A stretch of 64,000 nucleotides of DNA, taken from assembly GCA_965216785.1 (NCBI GenBank), contig OZ244197.1:2656001-2720000 (forward strand), written 5' to 3'. The position numbers were made by a program, and so were the translations under genes. Position 1 is the first letter of the stretch. Each line of letters begins with the position of its first letter. Shown here piece after piece: positions 29,533 through 38,057 of the stretch. Source of the stretch: Thermodesulfobacteriota bacterium (GTDB taxonomy: Bacteria; Desulfobacterota_D; UBA1144; Nemesobacterales; UBA2774). The notes beneath the pieces are model-generated. The model saw nothing but the letters and a program-made list of their open reading frames with translations, had not been told where the DNA came from and made no database searches.

Positions 29533-29610
29533 TTAGAGTGCATCACGCTTACGATCGGTTCACAAAACCACTCAATTTTATCCCTTCTTAGCTAGTATCC
29601 AGAACACTTA
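29533..29610 (+). repeat. Dispersed ~125-128 bp repeat family, copy 1
   Basis: TTAGAGTGCATCACGCTTACGATCGGTTCACAAAACCACTCAATTTTATCCCTTCTT; similar to copies at 31.9, 32.0, 34.9, 36.7 and 36.9 kb. Confidence 0.8.
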
Positions 29611-29683
29611 CAGACGCCATTAACTGAGACAGATAAAAGGGAAACAGTACTATACCTTCTATATCCTGTTTTGACCTATAAAC

Positions 29684-29851
29684 TCATTCGACCACTCTAT
29701 TATCTTTAGAATTATAGTTATTACGGGCTTTTTCTATTGCACTAGAATGTGTCCTACCCCATTTATCTATAGAAATAAATATGTTTTCTAGTGATTTCCC
29801 AATATCGGTTAGTGAATACTCAACCCTGGGTATTATTTCAGGGTAGTGCTT
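29684..29851 (-). pseudogene. C-terminal fragment of a second HxlR-family regulator
   Basis: Translates as KHYPEIIPRVEYSLTDIGKSLENIFISIDKWGRTHSSAIEKARNNY...*; no start codon before an upstream in-frame stop. Confidence 0.75.
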
Positions 29852-29886
29852 GCAGTCTAATGCTAACTTTTCTCTAGAAGTTTAGT

Positions 29887-30234
29887 CTATCTTTTATCAT
29901 AAGCTGCACGTGAGTGTTCTATCTTGGAGTAATTGGTTGCTGCCCACTCAAAGAGCGGCAACAGTATTTCCACTATTTGCTGGCCGCGCACAGTTAGTTC
30001 ATAAGAAACCGCAACCGGCGGGCCGGGATCGACTGAACGAGTTAAATAACCATCACGTTCCAGGCTGCGCAGTTTCTCGGACAGTACTCTTTGCGAAATG
30101 CCACCGAGTTTTCGTTTGATCGCCCCAAACCGCAACGCACCATCCGAAAGCTCGGTAAGTATCAGTATTTGCCATTTACTCGTGATCCCAACAATCACTT
30201 TCCGGATCGGGCAGTCAGCTACGTTTTCGGACAT
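29887..30234 (-). CDS. HxlR family winged-helix transcriptional regulator
   Basis: DCPIR...SKWQILIL..L....RFG.IKR.L.GISQRVLSEKLRSLERDG; CAGGAGG RBS before ATG at 30234. Confidence 0.9.
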   Translation of the reverse strand: MSENVADCPIRKVIVGITSKWQILILTELSDGALRFGAIKRKLGGISQRVLSEKLRSLERDGYLTRSVDPGPPVAVSYELTVRGQQIVEILLPLFEWAATNYSKIEHSRAAYDKR

Positions 30235-30354
30235 AGTTACCTCCTGCATACTTAGTGTTAAAACAGTTACTACTTGACACTTAGTATGAAAGTAATACCA
30301 TATTAACTTCAGAAAACAAAATCGAGACAGGCGCAAAAAAGGAGGTGTTCAGTC

Positions 30355-31122
30355 ATGTCAAATAAGGAAAAAGCAGTTGCAATTGTTGAAGCCTTTGAAA
30401 CAGGAAGCTCTAAAGTATTGGACTATATAAGTGATGAAAAATACATTCAGCACAACCTGGGTTTCCCGGACGGGAAAAATGCTATAGTTGGTTTTTTTGC
30501 AGATAAGCCAACAGGCATTACTGTCAAAATACATAGAGTAATAGAGGAAGGTAATACGGTAGCTCTACACAGCACTTACGGAGGTGTTTGGAACAACGGA
30601 ACACCACAGGTGGCTTTTGATGTATTTAAGTTTGAAAATGGCTTGATAGTAGAGCATTGGGATAATCTGCTTGATGTTGCTCAACCTAATCCAAGTGGTC
30701 GTACCCAGACAGATGGACCTACGGAAGTGAATGATTTGGAACAGACCGAAGCCAACAAAAAAGTGGTTACCCGCTTGATGAATGAAGCATTTTTAGGAAA
30801 CGATTACAGCAAAATTACCGAAATGATTAGCCCTAAAAAGTATATTCAACATAACCCTCAAGTTTCTGATGGACTAGATGGGTTTAACGATTTTCTCGCT
30901 GATTTAGCTGAGCAGAATACCACGATGAGCTATTCAAGCTCTCATCAAATCATAGCTGAAGGAGATTTTGTGCTCACTTTAGCCGATGGGACGTTTGGCG
31001 ATCAGGAAGTAGCTTACTATGACCTATTTCGTCTCGAAAACGGATTAATTGTAGAACATTGGGATTTGGTGTCTGAAATACCACCAAAGTCTGAATGGCA
31101 GAATCAAAATGGAAAGTTTTAG
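30355..31122 (+). CDS. Tandem SnoaL/NTF2-like domain protein
   Basis: Two repeats of YIQHN...DG and D.F.(F/L)ENGLIVEHWD. Confidence 0.88.
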   Translation: MSNKEKAVAIVEAFETGSSKVLDYISDEKYIQHNLGFPDGKNAIVGFFADKPTGITVKIHRVIEEGNTVALHSTYGGVWNNGTPQVAFDVFKFENGLIVEHWDNLLDVAQPNPSGRTQTDGPTEVNDLEQTEANKKVVTRLMNEAFLGNDYSKITEMISPKKYIQHNPQVSDGLDGFNDFLADLAEQNTTMSYSSSHQIIAEGDFVLTLADGTFGDQEVAYYDLFRLENGLIVEHWDLVSEIPPKSEWQNQNGKF

Positions 31123-31757
31123 TGAATAATGACATAGAGCTTGTATATGTAATGGATCCGCATTGTGGGTGGTGTTTTGGATTTGGAAAAGTAATTTTAG
31201 ACTTGTTTGAAATATACAAAGACAATTCGTTGGTCAACTTTGACATTAAGCCCGGAGGATTGTTTTATCCTGCAATTGAAATCGAAGAGGGCTTTGCTGA
31301 TGGCAAGCGCCCAATTGCCAAGCGTATCGAAGAGTTGGCAAAAGTGAAGTTTTCTGAAAATTATTTCACCAAAATATTAGGAACCGGAAGTATACTAGAT
31401 AGCGAACCTCCAGCCAGAGCTATTTTATCTATTAAGAAAATAACCCGAGATATCCTTGTTCAATTTACTGAAAGATTACTTGAAAAAGAATTTATCTTTG
31501 GCAAGAACACTTCATTTGACGAAACTATTTTTGAATGTATCAAAGAGTTCAAAGTTGAAGAAGCAGCGTTCGAAAAACACTACAATTCAGCCGAAATGAA
31601 GCAGCAAGTGATTTTAGAATTTCAACAAGCTCGTAGTATGGTGACAGGTTTTCCTGTGCTTTTTGTGAAACACAAGAATCAATTAACAAAACTGGCAGGG
31701 GGTTATGCACCAAGAGAACGATTGGTAAAAAAAATAGAAGCTTTATTGGTAGAGTAA
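31122..31757 (+). CDS. DsbA family (thioredoxin-fold) protein
   Basis: YVMDPHCGWCFGF and VTGFPVL cis-Pro loop; probable GTG start at 31122. Confidence 0.85.
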   Translation: MNNDIELVYVMDPHCGWCFGFGKVILDLFEIYKDNSLVNFDIKPGGLFYPAIEIEEGFADGKRPIAKRIEELAKVKFSENYFTKILGTGSILDSEPPARAILSIKKITRDILVQFTERLLEKEFIFGKNTSFDETIFECIKEFKVEEAAFEKHYNSAEMKQQVILEFQQARSMVTGFPVLFVKHKNQLTKLAGGYAPRERLVKKIEALLVE

Positions 31758-31829
31758 GCTAGACTTCATCTGATATTTGCCATCATCATTTTGTAACCAC
31801 CGGGGAGAAATTGAGTTGACCTTGTTTTC

Positions 31830-32110
31830 CTTTGATTCTTTTACAGCATTCAGAGTATAAATAAACTAAGAAGTGCCATAAAATAATCAGCATTGACAGT
31901 AGATTATACTAGAGCACATCAGGCTTACGTTATGTTCACAATACCACTAATTTATACCCCTTCTTCTACAGCATTCAGGCTATAAATGTGTCAGGAAGAA
32001 CTAATCAGTATAAATAAACCATGATAGCAACATAAACTAGAGCCAATCACACTTACATTGTAATAACAATATCGGAAATTTATATCCCTTCTTTTCTAGA
32101 ATCCGTAAAT
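31830..32110 (+). repeat. Dispersed repeat family, tandem copies 2 and 3 (128 bp apart) plus an upstream partial unit
   Basis: CTAGAGCACATCAGGCTTACGTTATGTTCACAATACCAC at 31909 and CTAGAGCCAATCACACTTAC at 32037. Confidence 0.8.
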
Positions 32111-32390
32111 CTTAAATACGTAGAAAGTAATAACATCTTTAATATTTCCTTGTTCTTGCCCACCGGAAACACCATGTCTTATGTAAGGTATTATGACAAC
32201 CACATACGAACATAAATGTAAAGAGATTGAAAAATGTGAATGAAATTTAGAGTTTACGCGCACTACCCAATTGGCATGCTATATGCAGCCAACAATATTG
32301 GCGGTAAGAAATCTGAACAATGTTTTTTTAATTTAAATATGAGCAATGTATTGTAGCTGTGGATGATTGTTCAACGAGAGGTTTTGTATT

Positions 32391-32957
32391 ATGAACGAGA
32401 AAACAAAAAAAACAGATTGGAAACAGAAAGTTATCCACGAATTTCTAGAATACTGGATAAATGTCATTTATTTAGCTCTTTTTTTCGGTGTATTTATATC
32501 GTACCGAAGATTAATATTGGCCCAGTATCAGATCAGCTACATTGAGTACGGAGTTAGTATAATCGAAGCGCTGGTATTAGCCAAAATCATAATGATAGGA
32601 ACTGTTTTGAGAATAGGCCAAAGGTTTCAAGAAATGCCTTTGATTATTCCAACAATATTCAGGTCGTTTATTTTTAGCATTTGGGTTGCTATCTATAAGG
32701 TGCTTGAGCATACAGTTGTGGGGCTTGTGCATGGGAAAGGTCTGACGGGTGGGATCAATGAGCTTATAGGACGGGGCGGCAATGAATTGGTTGCGGGGTG
32801 CCTTGTCATATTTTTCGCTTTTATCCCATTCTTTGCAGTCAAAGAATTAGGGAGGGTGATGGGTGAGGGTAAATTAGCTGAACTGTTTTTACGAAGAAGA
32901 GCCGGTAAGGAGTCCAATTTCGATACAGCAACTTATTCTCACACTGACAAAGGATGA
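32391..32957 (+). CDS. Hypothetical membrane protein (about 4 TM)
   Basis: Hydrophobic segments; ALVLAKII and AFIPFFAVKELGRVMGEGKL motifs. Confidence 0.7.
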   Translation: MNEKTKKTDWKQKVIHEFLEYWINVIYLALFFGVFISYRRLILAQYQISYIEYGVSIIEALVLAKIIMIGTVLRIGQRFQEMPLIIPTIFRSFIFSIWVAIYKVLEHTVVGLVHGKGLTGGINELIGRGGNELVAGCLVIFFAFIPFFAVKELGRVMGEGKLAELFLRRRAGKESNFDTATYSHTDKG

Positions 32958-33050
32958 GAAAACTGTTGACGAAGGTATTGAAAGTAATGATTCAATTATG
33001 AGTGAAAAGTTTGAAAATACCACCATATCCTACATAGGAGGAAGATAATC

Positions 33051-34199
33051 ATGGCTAAAACAAAGAAGGCAAAGACGGTACCCCTCAATTGGAACGAGGT
33101 GTACTACACCAATTGTCCCTTGGTGTCTGCCAGCAATGTCGATCAGGAGCTGGGTTGGACCAAGGAGGAGTACAAGAAGATTGGTGTCCAGTACGCGTAT
33201 TTCCGCTCGCGCCGCGAGAACAACTGGTACCCGCACTACGTCCACAACCTCGACAACCTCATCCGCTTCGGCGGTCTGTTCCCCCCCATCCACGTTCATG
33301 CGGACATCCGCAGAACCAGGCTACTGGGGGCGACTCATGCTCCACGCGAAGGTGGCTGTATGATGGTGCGGACTCGGGACGACATCTACCGGATGATCGA
33401 CCTCAAGGGCAGAAAGATTGGTCTCACCAAGAGCCTAAACACCATCAAGAACGACTGGTGGCGCATCCAGGAGGAACAAGGTATAGAGCTGATGCTCCGA
33501 ATGAACGGCATGAGCCGTGACGATGTGGAGATCGTGGAGTTCCCCTACCCGGATGACTGGTACGAAAACCCTGAGATGTTAGAGCCCATCGAGAACCCAT
33601 CCGAATTACAGCTCAAGCGGGACCACAAGCATGACTTGGCCTTCCGTCCCCTGGAAACGGCGTTATTGGAGGGAGTCGTAGATGCGATTTATACTCAAAG
33701 TAAGGTCTTCCAACATCTTCAGGAGGCGACGGGCAAACTCAAGGCCATTGAGGACCTGTCCAGGTATCCGGACTGGACTCTGCAGGTGGCCAACATTCCC
33801 GCCGTCATCACCTGCACTGACGAGATGGCCGAGAAGCACCCCGAGCTCGCCGTTACTTTCATGAAAGGTATGATTAAGGTGGGGCGATGGTCCAATGAGC
33901 ACAAGCACGCAACTGCGGCGATCCTGAATAGGCAGACGTACTACTTGGACGTCGAGGATACGTATAGGGGCATAAAGGACATAGACATGGTGCCCAACCT
34001 GTCGCCCCAGAACCTGGCAGCCATTGGAATCGGAAAAGACTTCATGCTTAGCCACGGCTACATCAAGAACGACTTTGATGTGCATGAATGGGCTGCACCG
34101 GAGTTTCTCGAAACTGCAGCGAAGGAGCTGCTAGAGGAACGCTGGAAAAAAGTAACCATGGAAAAGCTGCCCGAGATGTCTACGTTACGGCTCGGGTAG
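33051..34199 (+). CDS. DszB-like desulfinase (periplasmic-binding-protein fold enzyme)
   Basis: YYTNCP, PHYVH and IRFGGLFPPI match the Cys/His/Arg-Gly motifs of DszB; no signal peptide; C-terminal FDVHEWAAPEFL. Confidence 0.72.
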   Translation: MAKTKKAKTVPLNWNEVYYTNCPLVSASNVDQELGWTKEEYKKIGVQYAYFRSRRENNWYPHYVHNLDNLIRFGGLFPPIHVHADIRRTRLLGATHAPREGGCMMVRTRDDIYRMIDLKGRKIGLTKSLNTIKNDWWRIQEEQGIELMLRMNGMSRDDVEIVEFPYPDDWYENPEMLEPIENPSELQLKRDHKHDLAFRPLETALLEGVVDAIYTQSKVFQHLQEATGKLKAIEDLSRYPDWTLQVANIPAVITCTDEMAEKHPELAVTFMKGMIKVGRWSNEHKHATAAILNRQTYYLDVEDTYRGIKDIDMVPNLSPQNLAAIGIGKDFMLSHGYIKNDFDVHEWAAPEFLETAAKELLEERWKKVTMEKLPEMSTLRLG

Positions 34200-34227
34200 T
34201 AATAGTTTATAGAAACAGGAGGATATA

Positions 34228-34635
34228 ATGCCCAAGACAGCTATGGATCTAATCACAGAAGCCGGGGCTCAGATTGAGAACCTATCACCTATGGATGCCT
34301 CGAACGAGATCGCCTCAGGAAATATGATCGTGGTCGATGTCCGCGAACCGATGGAATGGGAGCAGCACATCGAGGGTGCGTTCCAGATACCGAGGGGATT
34401 GCTTGAGTTCGTTGCGGACCCTGCATGCGCGCCAATCCTGCCGCCGAGTCTGAAGTTCGATCTGGATCCGACCCGCCGGGTTATCGTATACTGCAACACG
34501 GGAGGACGTGGTGTACTCGCTGCGCTTACGCTGAAGACAATGGGCTTCGAGCATGTCGCCAATCTCGAAGGTGGGTTCATTGCCTGGAAGGAAGCCGGTC
34601 TGCCAGTCGCCGAGCACCATGCGGCTTTGTTATAG
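34228..34635 (+). CDS. Rhodanese-like sulfurtransferase
   Basis: VDVREPMEW, IPRGLLEF, VYCNTGGRG, NLEGGFIAW. Confidence 0.9.
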   Translation: MPKTAMDLITEAGAQIENLSPMDASNEIASGNMIVVDVREPMEWEQHIEGAFQIPRGLLEFVADPACAPILPPSLKFDLDPTRRVIVYCNTGGRGVLAALTLKTMGFEHVANLEGGFIAWKEAGLPVAEHHAALL

Positions 34636-34849
34636 GTTTCCAATAGAGTGGGATTGAGTAGTTGTACTGATCTTCTGGTGAGCTTCTTTACGCTTCGAAT
34701 TTAGATTTTTTAAAATATGAACGGGGCTGAGAACGTGAGTAACTGTCAGTTAAGCACCCGGAAACCAGTCCACCTTTAGAGTAAGAATTTTGCACTTTGT
34801 TCTCTAATGAATTGCTCGATGCTCTTTTTTTATACTAGCTGCACGGATA

Positions 34850-34897
34850 AACATTCAACAATTCCGGCAACTTAAACTAGAGCCAATCACACTTACA
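34850..34897 (+). repeat. Dispersed repeat family, copy 4 (truncated after the core spacer)
   Basis: AAACTAGAGCCAATCACACTTACA identical to the copy at 32034-32057, then similarity stops. Confidence 0.75.
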
Positions 34898-34991
34898 CTC
34901 GACAAGAGTCACTTTTTTTGCCAGCATAAGAAAATTTAGAACACTAAATTAGCTCATGTATACTCATAATTAAAATAAACAGGAGGAATCC

Positions 34992-36596
34992 ATGAAACAA
35001 TTAGCTACGGCATTTTTATTCATTACAATCATGCTAACGTCGGTCTCTGCCGCTTCAGAGGAGAACAATACAAACGACAAAGATTTTTTGAAAGACTATT
35101 CTATGTCTAAAAAGCATAGCCATCAGGGTTACGAACATTGGTCATATGAGGATAGCGTTGATATCGAAGAATTAAGGAAAAAGAAAGGGAAAATTTACTC
35201 AAATGCGGATGAAATTCGCGCAGTACTCTCAGGTGGTGTGAAAATAAATCCTGAGACCGGTGAGGAGCTTTGGAAAGAAGGGCTAATGTTCGAAGGCATA
35301 GAGCCTATGCCACATATGGTCTCCGCCGCCAACTGGTTCCCTCGCACAGAAGAAGTTCAACCTAACGAAATGCGGATTACCTTTATGGGGACATCACCTT
35401 TGATACGTCCGGGGCAAATGAATACCTCAGTGTATGTTGAATTAGGTAATGGCTCAAGCTTTGTTTTTGATATAGGCGAAGGTTCTGTAGCCAACTATAT
35501 CGCTGCTGGTGTAGCGCTGAATGAATTGGACAAAATTTTTATCACACACCTCCATGTTGATCATTTTGGTTCACTGCCGTACGTATATGAGTTTGGCGGC
35601 TGGAATGGCCGCTGGGAAAAACCAATGACTGTTTACGGCCCGTCAGGAGCCACTCCTGAGTATGGGACGAAAGCCATGGTTGAAGGAATGCTAAATATGT
35701 TGAAATGGCACACAGACGCGTTTGATGTGTTCCCCGCTGGCAATGACATTGATGTCGTTGAGTTTGACTTCAATGATGACGGGGGTGTAATTTACGACGA
35801 AGACAATGTAAAAATAATTCATTGGCGTCGAAGCCATGCAAAAGATGGGGCTTCTGGTTATCGTCTCGATTGGAAAATCAATGATAAGGAATCGTTATGT
35901 TTCGTCTGGACAGGCGATGGACGCCCAAATGAGTTAGATATAAAATATGCAAAGGGATGTGATGTGTATGTAACAGAGCTTCAAACTGAGACATTTGGTG
36001 TATCTTCCATCGTACAGGGTGTACCGCCTTTCTTGGCAAGATATACAGTTGATACACATCACACACCTGCTTATGCAGCAGGCTACTTAGCATCCAAGAT
36101 CGAACCTAGGATACTAATGACAACTCATATGTCCTTTGATCCTTATTTAAACGAGGAAACAGTTGCGGAGATTAGAGAGCATTGGCAAGGACCATACCAC
36201 TTCGGTGCGCCTGACGGGATTGTCGTCAATGTAACACCGGATAAAATATGGGTTCGAGAAGGTATATTACCCGACTTTCCCAACACAAGAGCTCCTCAGT
36301 TTGATATGAGAGATGGATCGGACTTCCGTGTACCGATGCCAAAAAAGCAGCGCGTTGATATTCAGCAGCAGGAAATACGTGATCTCGAGATTGATCCGAA
36401 ACTTTACTATCCGGAAGGTTATCATCCTGAGTTAATGCCTGAATGGCCGGTAGAACGTGATATTGTAATCCCTGCACAAAATGTCCCTGAGTCAATGAAA
36501 CAAGGCATGGGAGCAAAACAAGAGTATATGGACAAGGCACGTAAGACACATGGATTACCCCCTAAATCCGTAACGCGACCATCAAATGACCAATAA
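34992..36596 (+). CDS. Secreted MBL-fold metallo-hydrolase (RNase Z/arylsulfatase-like)
   Basis: Signal peptide; ITFMGT, FDIGEG, THLHVDH, WTGDG, HHT motifs. Confidence 0.82.
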   Translation: MKQLATAFLFITIMLTSVSAASEENNTNDKDFLKDYSMSKKHSHQGYEHWSYEDSVDIEELRKKKGKIYSNADEIRAVLSGGVKINPETGEELWKEGLMFEGIEPMPHMVSAANWFPRTEEVQPNEMRITFMGTSPLIRPGQMNTSVYVELGNGSSFVFDIGEGSVANYIAAGVALNELDKIFITHLHVDHFGSLPYVYEFGGWNGRWEKPMTVYGPSGATPEYGTKAMVEGMLNMLKWHTDAFDVFPAGNDIDVVEFDFNDDGGVIYDEDNVKIIHWRRSHAKDGASGYRLDWKINDKESLCFVWTGDGRPNELDIKYAKGCDVYVTELQTETFGVSSIVQGVPPFLARYTVDTHHTPAYAAGYLASKIEPRILMTTHMSFDPYLNEETVAEIREHWQGPYHFGAPDGIVVNVTPDKIWVREGILPDFPNTRAPQFDMRDGSDFRVPMPKKQRVDIQQQEIRDLEIDPKLYYPEGYHPELMPEWPVERDIVIPAQNVPESMKQGMGAKQEYMDKARKTHGLPPKSVTRPSNDQ

Positions 36597-36670
36597 CGCA
36601 TGAAAAAAAGAATGCCGTTTTAAGTGCTGGCACTTGTGCGGCCATGATATAAAACAGTTTCTAATTCCAT

Positions 36671-36698
36671 AAAAGGGGAGCTTCGACTCCCCTTTTTT
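36671..36698 (+). terminator. Rho-independent terminator
   Basis: AAAAGGGGAG-CTTCGA-CTCCCCTTTTTT. Confidence 0.8.
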
Positions 36699-36742
36699 AT
36701 TGCCAGAAAACATAATAATTGTAAATAATTACATCACCCAGA

Positions 36743-36950
36743 TTAAGTCCACATCACGCTTACGTTATGTCCACAATACCACTTATTTATACACCTTCTT
36801 AACTAGCAATAAGAACACATAAAAGCACAGAAGTGCATCGAAATAATCAACAATTACAGCCAGTGAAACTAGAGCCAATCACACTTAGGTTATGTTCACA
36901 AAACCACTCATTTTTACCCCTTCTTTTGTAGTATTCAGTACACATTAAAG
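36743..36950 (+). repeat. Dispersed repeat family, tandem copies 5 and 6 (125 bp apart)
   Basis: AGTCCACATCACGCTTACGTTATGTCCACAATACCAC at 36746 and AGAGCCAATCACACTTAGGTTATGTTCACAAAACCAC at 36871. Confidence 0.8.
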
Positions 36951-37058
36951 ACCGAATTAAAACTGGTATTAAGTATCCACTCTAGCAAATGAATGCATCC
37001 ATTTTAAGCCTTTTATAAACTCAAGTTTATGTAGGTGAATCTATAAGAGCGATAAATT

Positions 37059-37961
37059 ATGAAATCAAAGTTCCATTCAGGTGAAATAGCCGTTCAGACC
37101 AAGGCCGGAGTCCAAGATATCGCGCAAAGGGTCTCTAGAGTAATTGGTACAACCTTACCGCGTAATGCCCAATATTTCCTGGAGATGCAGAGAATGGCAA
37201 TCATCGGATCATTGGATGATAGCGGCAATGTTCAGGCTAGGGTTTTAGTAGGCAATCCAGGGTTCATGGAGGCTTTAGATGAGAAGACTATTCGTATTGA
37301 GGCCGACCCGAGCAGTGGTGATAATTTATTTGAAAACCTTAAGAACAAAAATGAAATTGGCCTGTTAGCGATCGAGCTTGCCGCAAGGCTCCGGCTAAAA
37401 GTAAAAGGCAAGGCTAGATTGGAAGATAGCAGCATCTTTATAACACTCGAGCGAGCCTATGCTCAATGTCCTAAGTACATACAAGCACGCGAAGCAGACT
37501 CGGCGCCTCCTAAGCCGCGATCAGAACAGAGCGTCCAACATTTTGATAGCTTAAGCGACGATCTCAAGAATTTCTTAGCGGCGTCCGATACGTTTTTTAT
37601 AGCCTCTTATCACGAGGATACCGGAATAGACGTTTCACACAGGGGAGGCAGCCCCGGCTTTATCAAAGTTTTGAACAATAAAAAGATAGTCTTCCCCGAC
37701 TACCCAGGTAACAGTATGTTCAACACCTTGGGAAACATTTCCGTAAACCCTGGAGCAAGTCTATTGTTCATAGACTTTAATAACGGGAGTACCGTAAAAC
37801 TTAGTGGAGAGGCGAAAATTATTTGGGACGATGAGCGGGTTTCGGCATTTGAGGGGGCTGAACGCATAATCGAATACGATATAAGCGCTGTTGCGCTTAA
37901 CCGGGGCGCAGTGCCGCTAAATTGGCAATTCCTTGAGTATTCCCCATTTAATCCACTCTAG
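37059..37961 (+). CDS. Pyridoxamine 5'-phosphate oxidase-family FMN-binding protein (tandem domains)
   Basis: FHSGEIAVQ, QCPKYIQAR, DVSHRGGSPGF, PDYPGNSMFNTLGN. Confidence 0.88.
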   Translation: MKSKFHSGEIAVQTKAGVQDIAQRVSRVIGTTLPRNAQYFLEMQRMAIIGSLDDSGNVQARVLVGNPGFMEALDEKTIRIEADPSSGDNLFENLKNKNEIGLLAIELAARLRLKVKGKARLEDSSIFITLERAYAQCPKYIQAREADSAPPKPRSEQSVQHFDSLSDDLKNFLAASDTFFIASYHEDTGIDVSHRGGSPGFIKVLNNKKIVFPDYPGNSMFNTLGNISVNPGASLLFIDFNNGSTVKLSGEAKIIWDDERVSAFEGAERIIEYDISAVALNRGAVPLNWQFLEYSPFNPL

Positions 37962-38057
37962 ATTTGCGGCTGTTCTGCATAAACGGACGATTCTTATATT
38001 TGCTATCACAATACGCCCTACTACTTTTATATATTGGGATATGTTATTTTAATATTT

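Noticed and set aside
29533-36950. Classical integron attC sites for the dispersed repeats
   Set aside because: No clear RYYYAAC...GTTRRRY ends or long hairpin; the integrase shows no obvious IntI-specific insertion; cargo genes are in mixed orientation.
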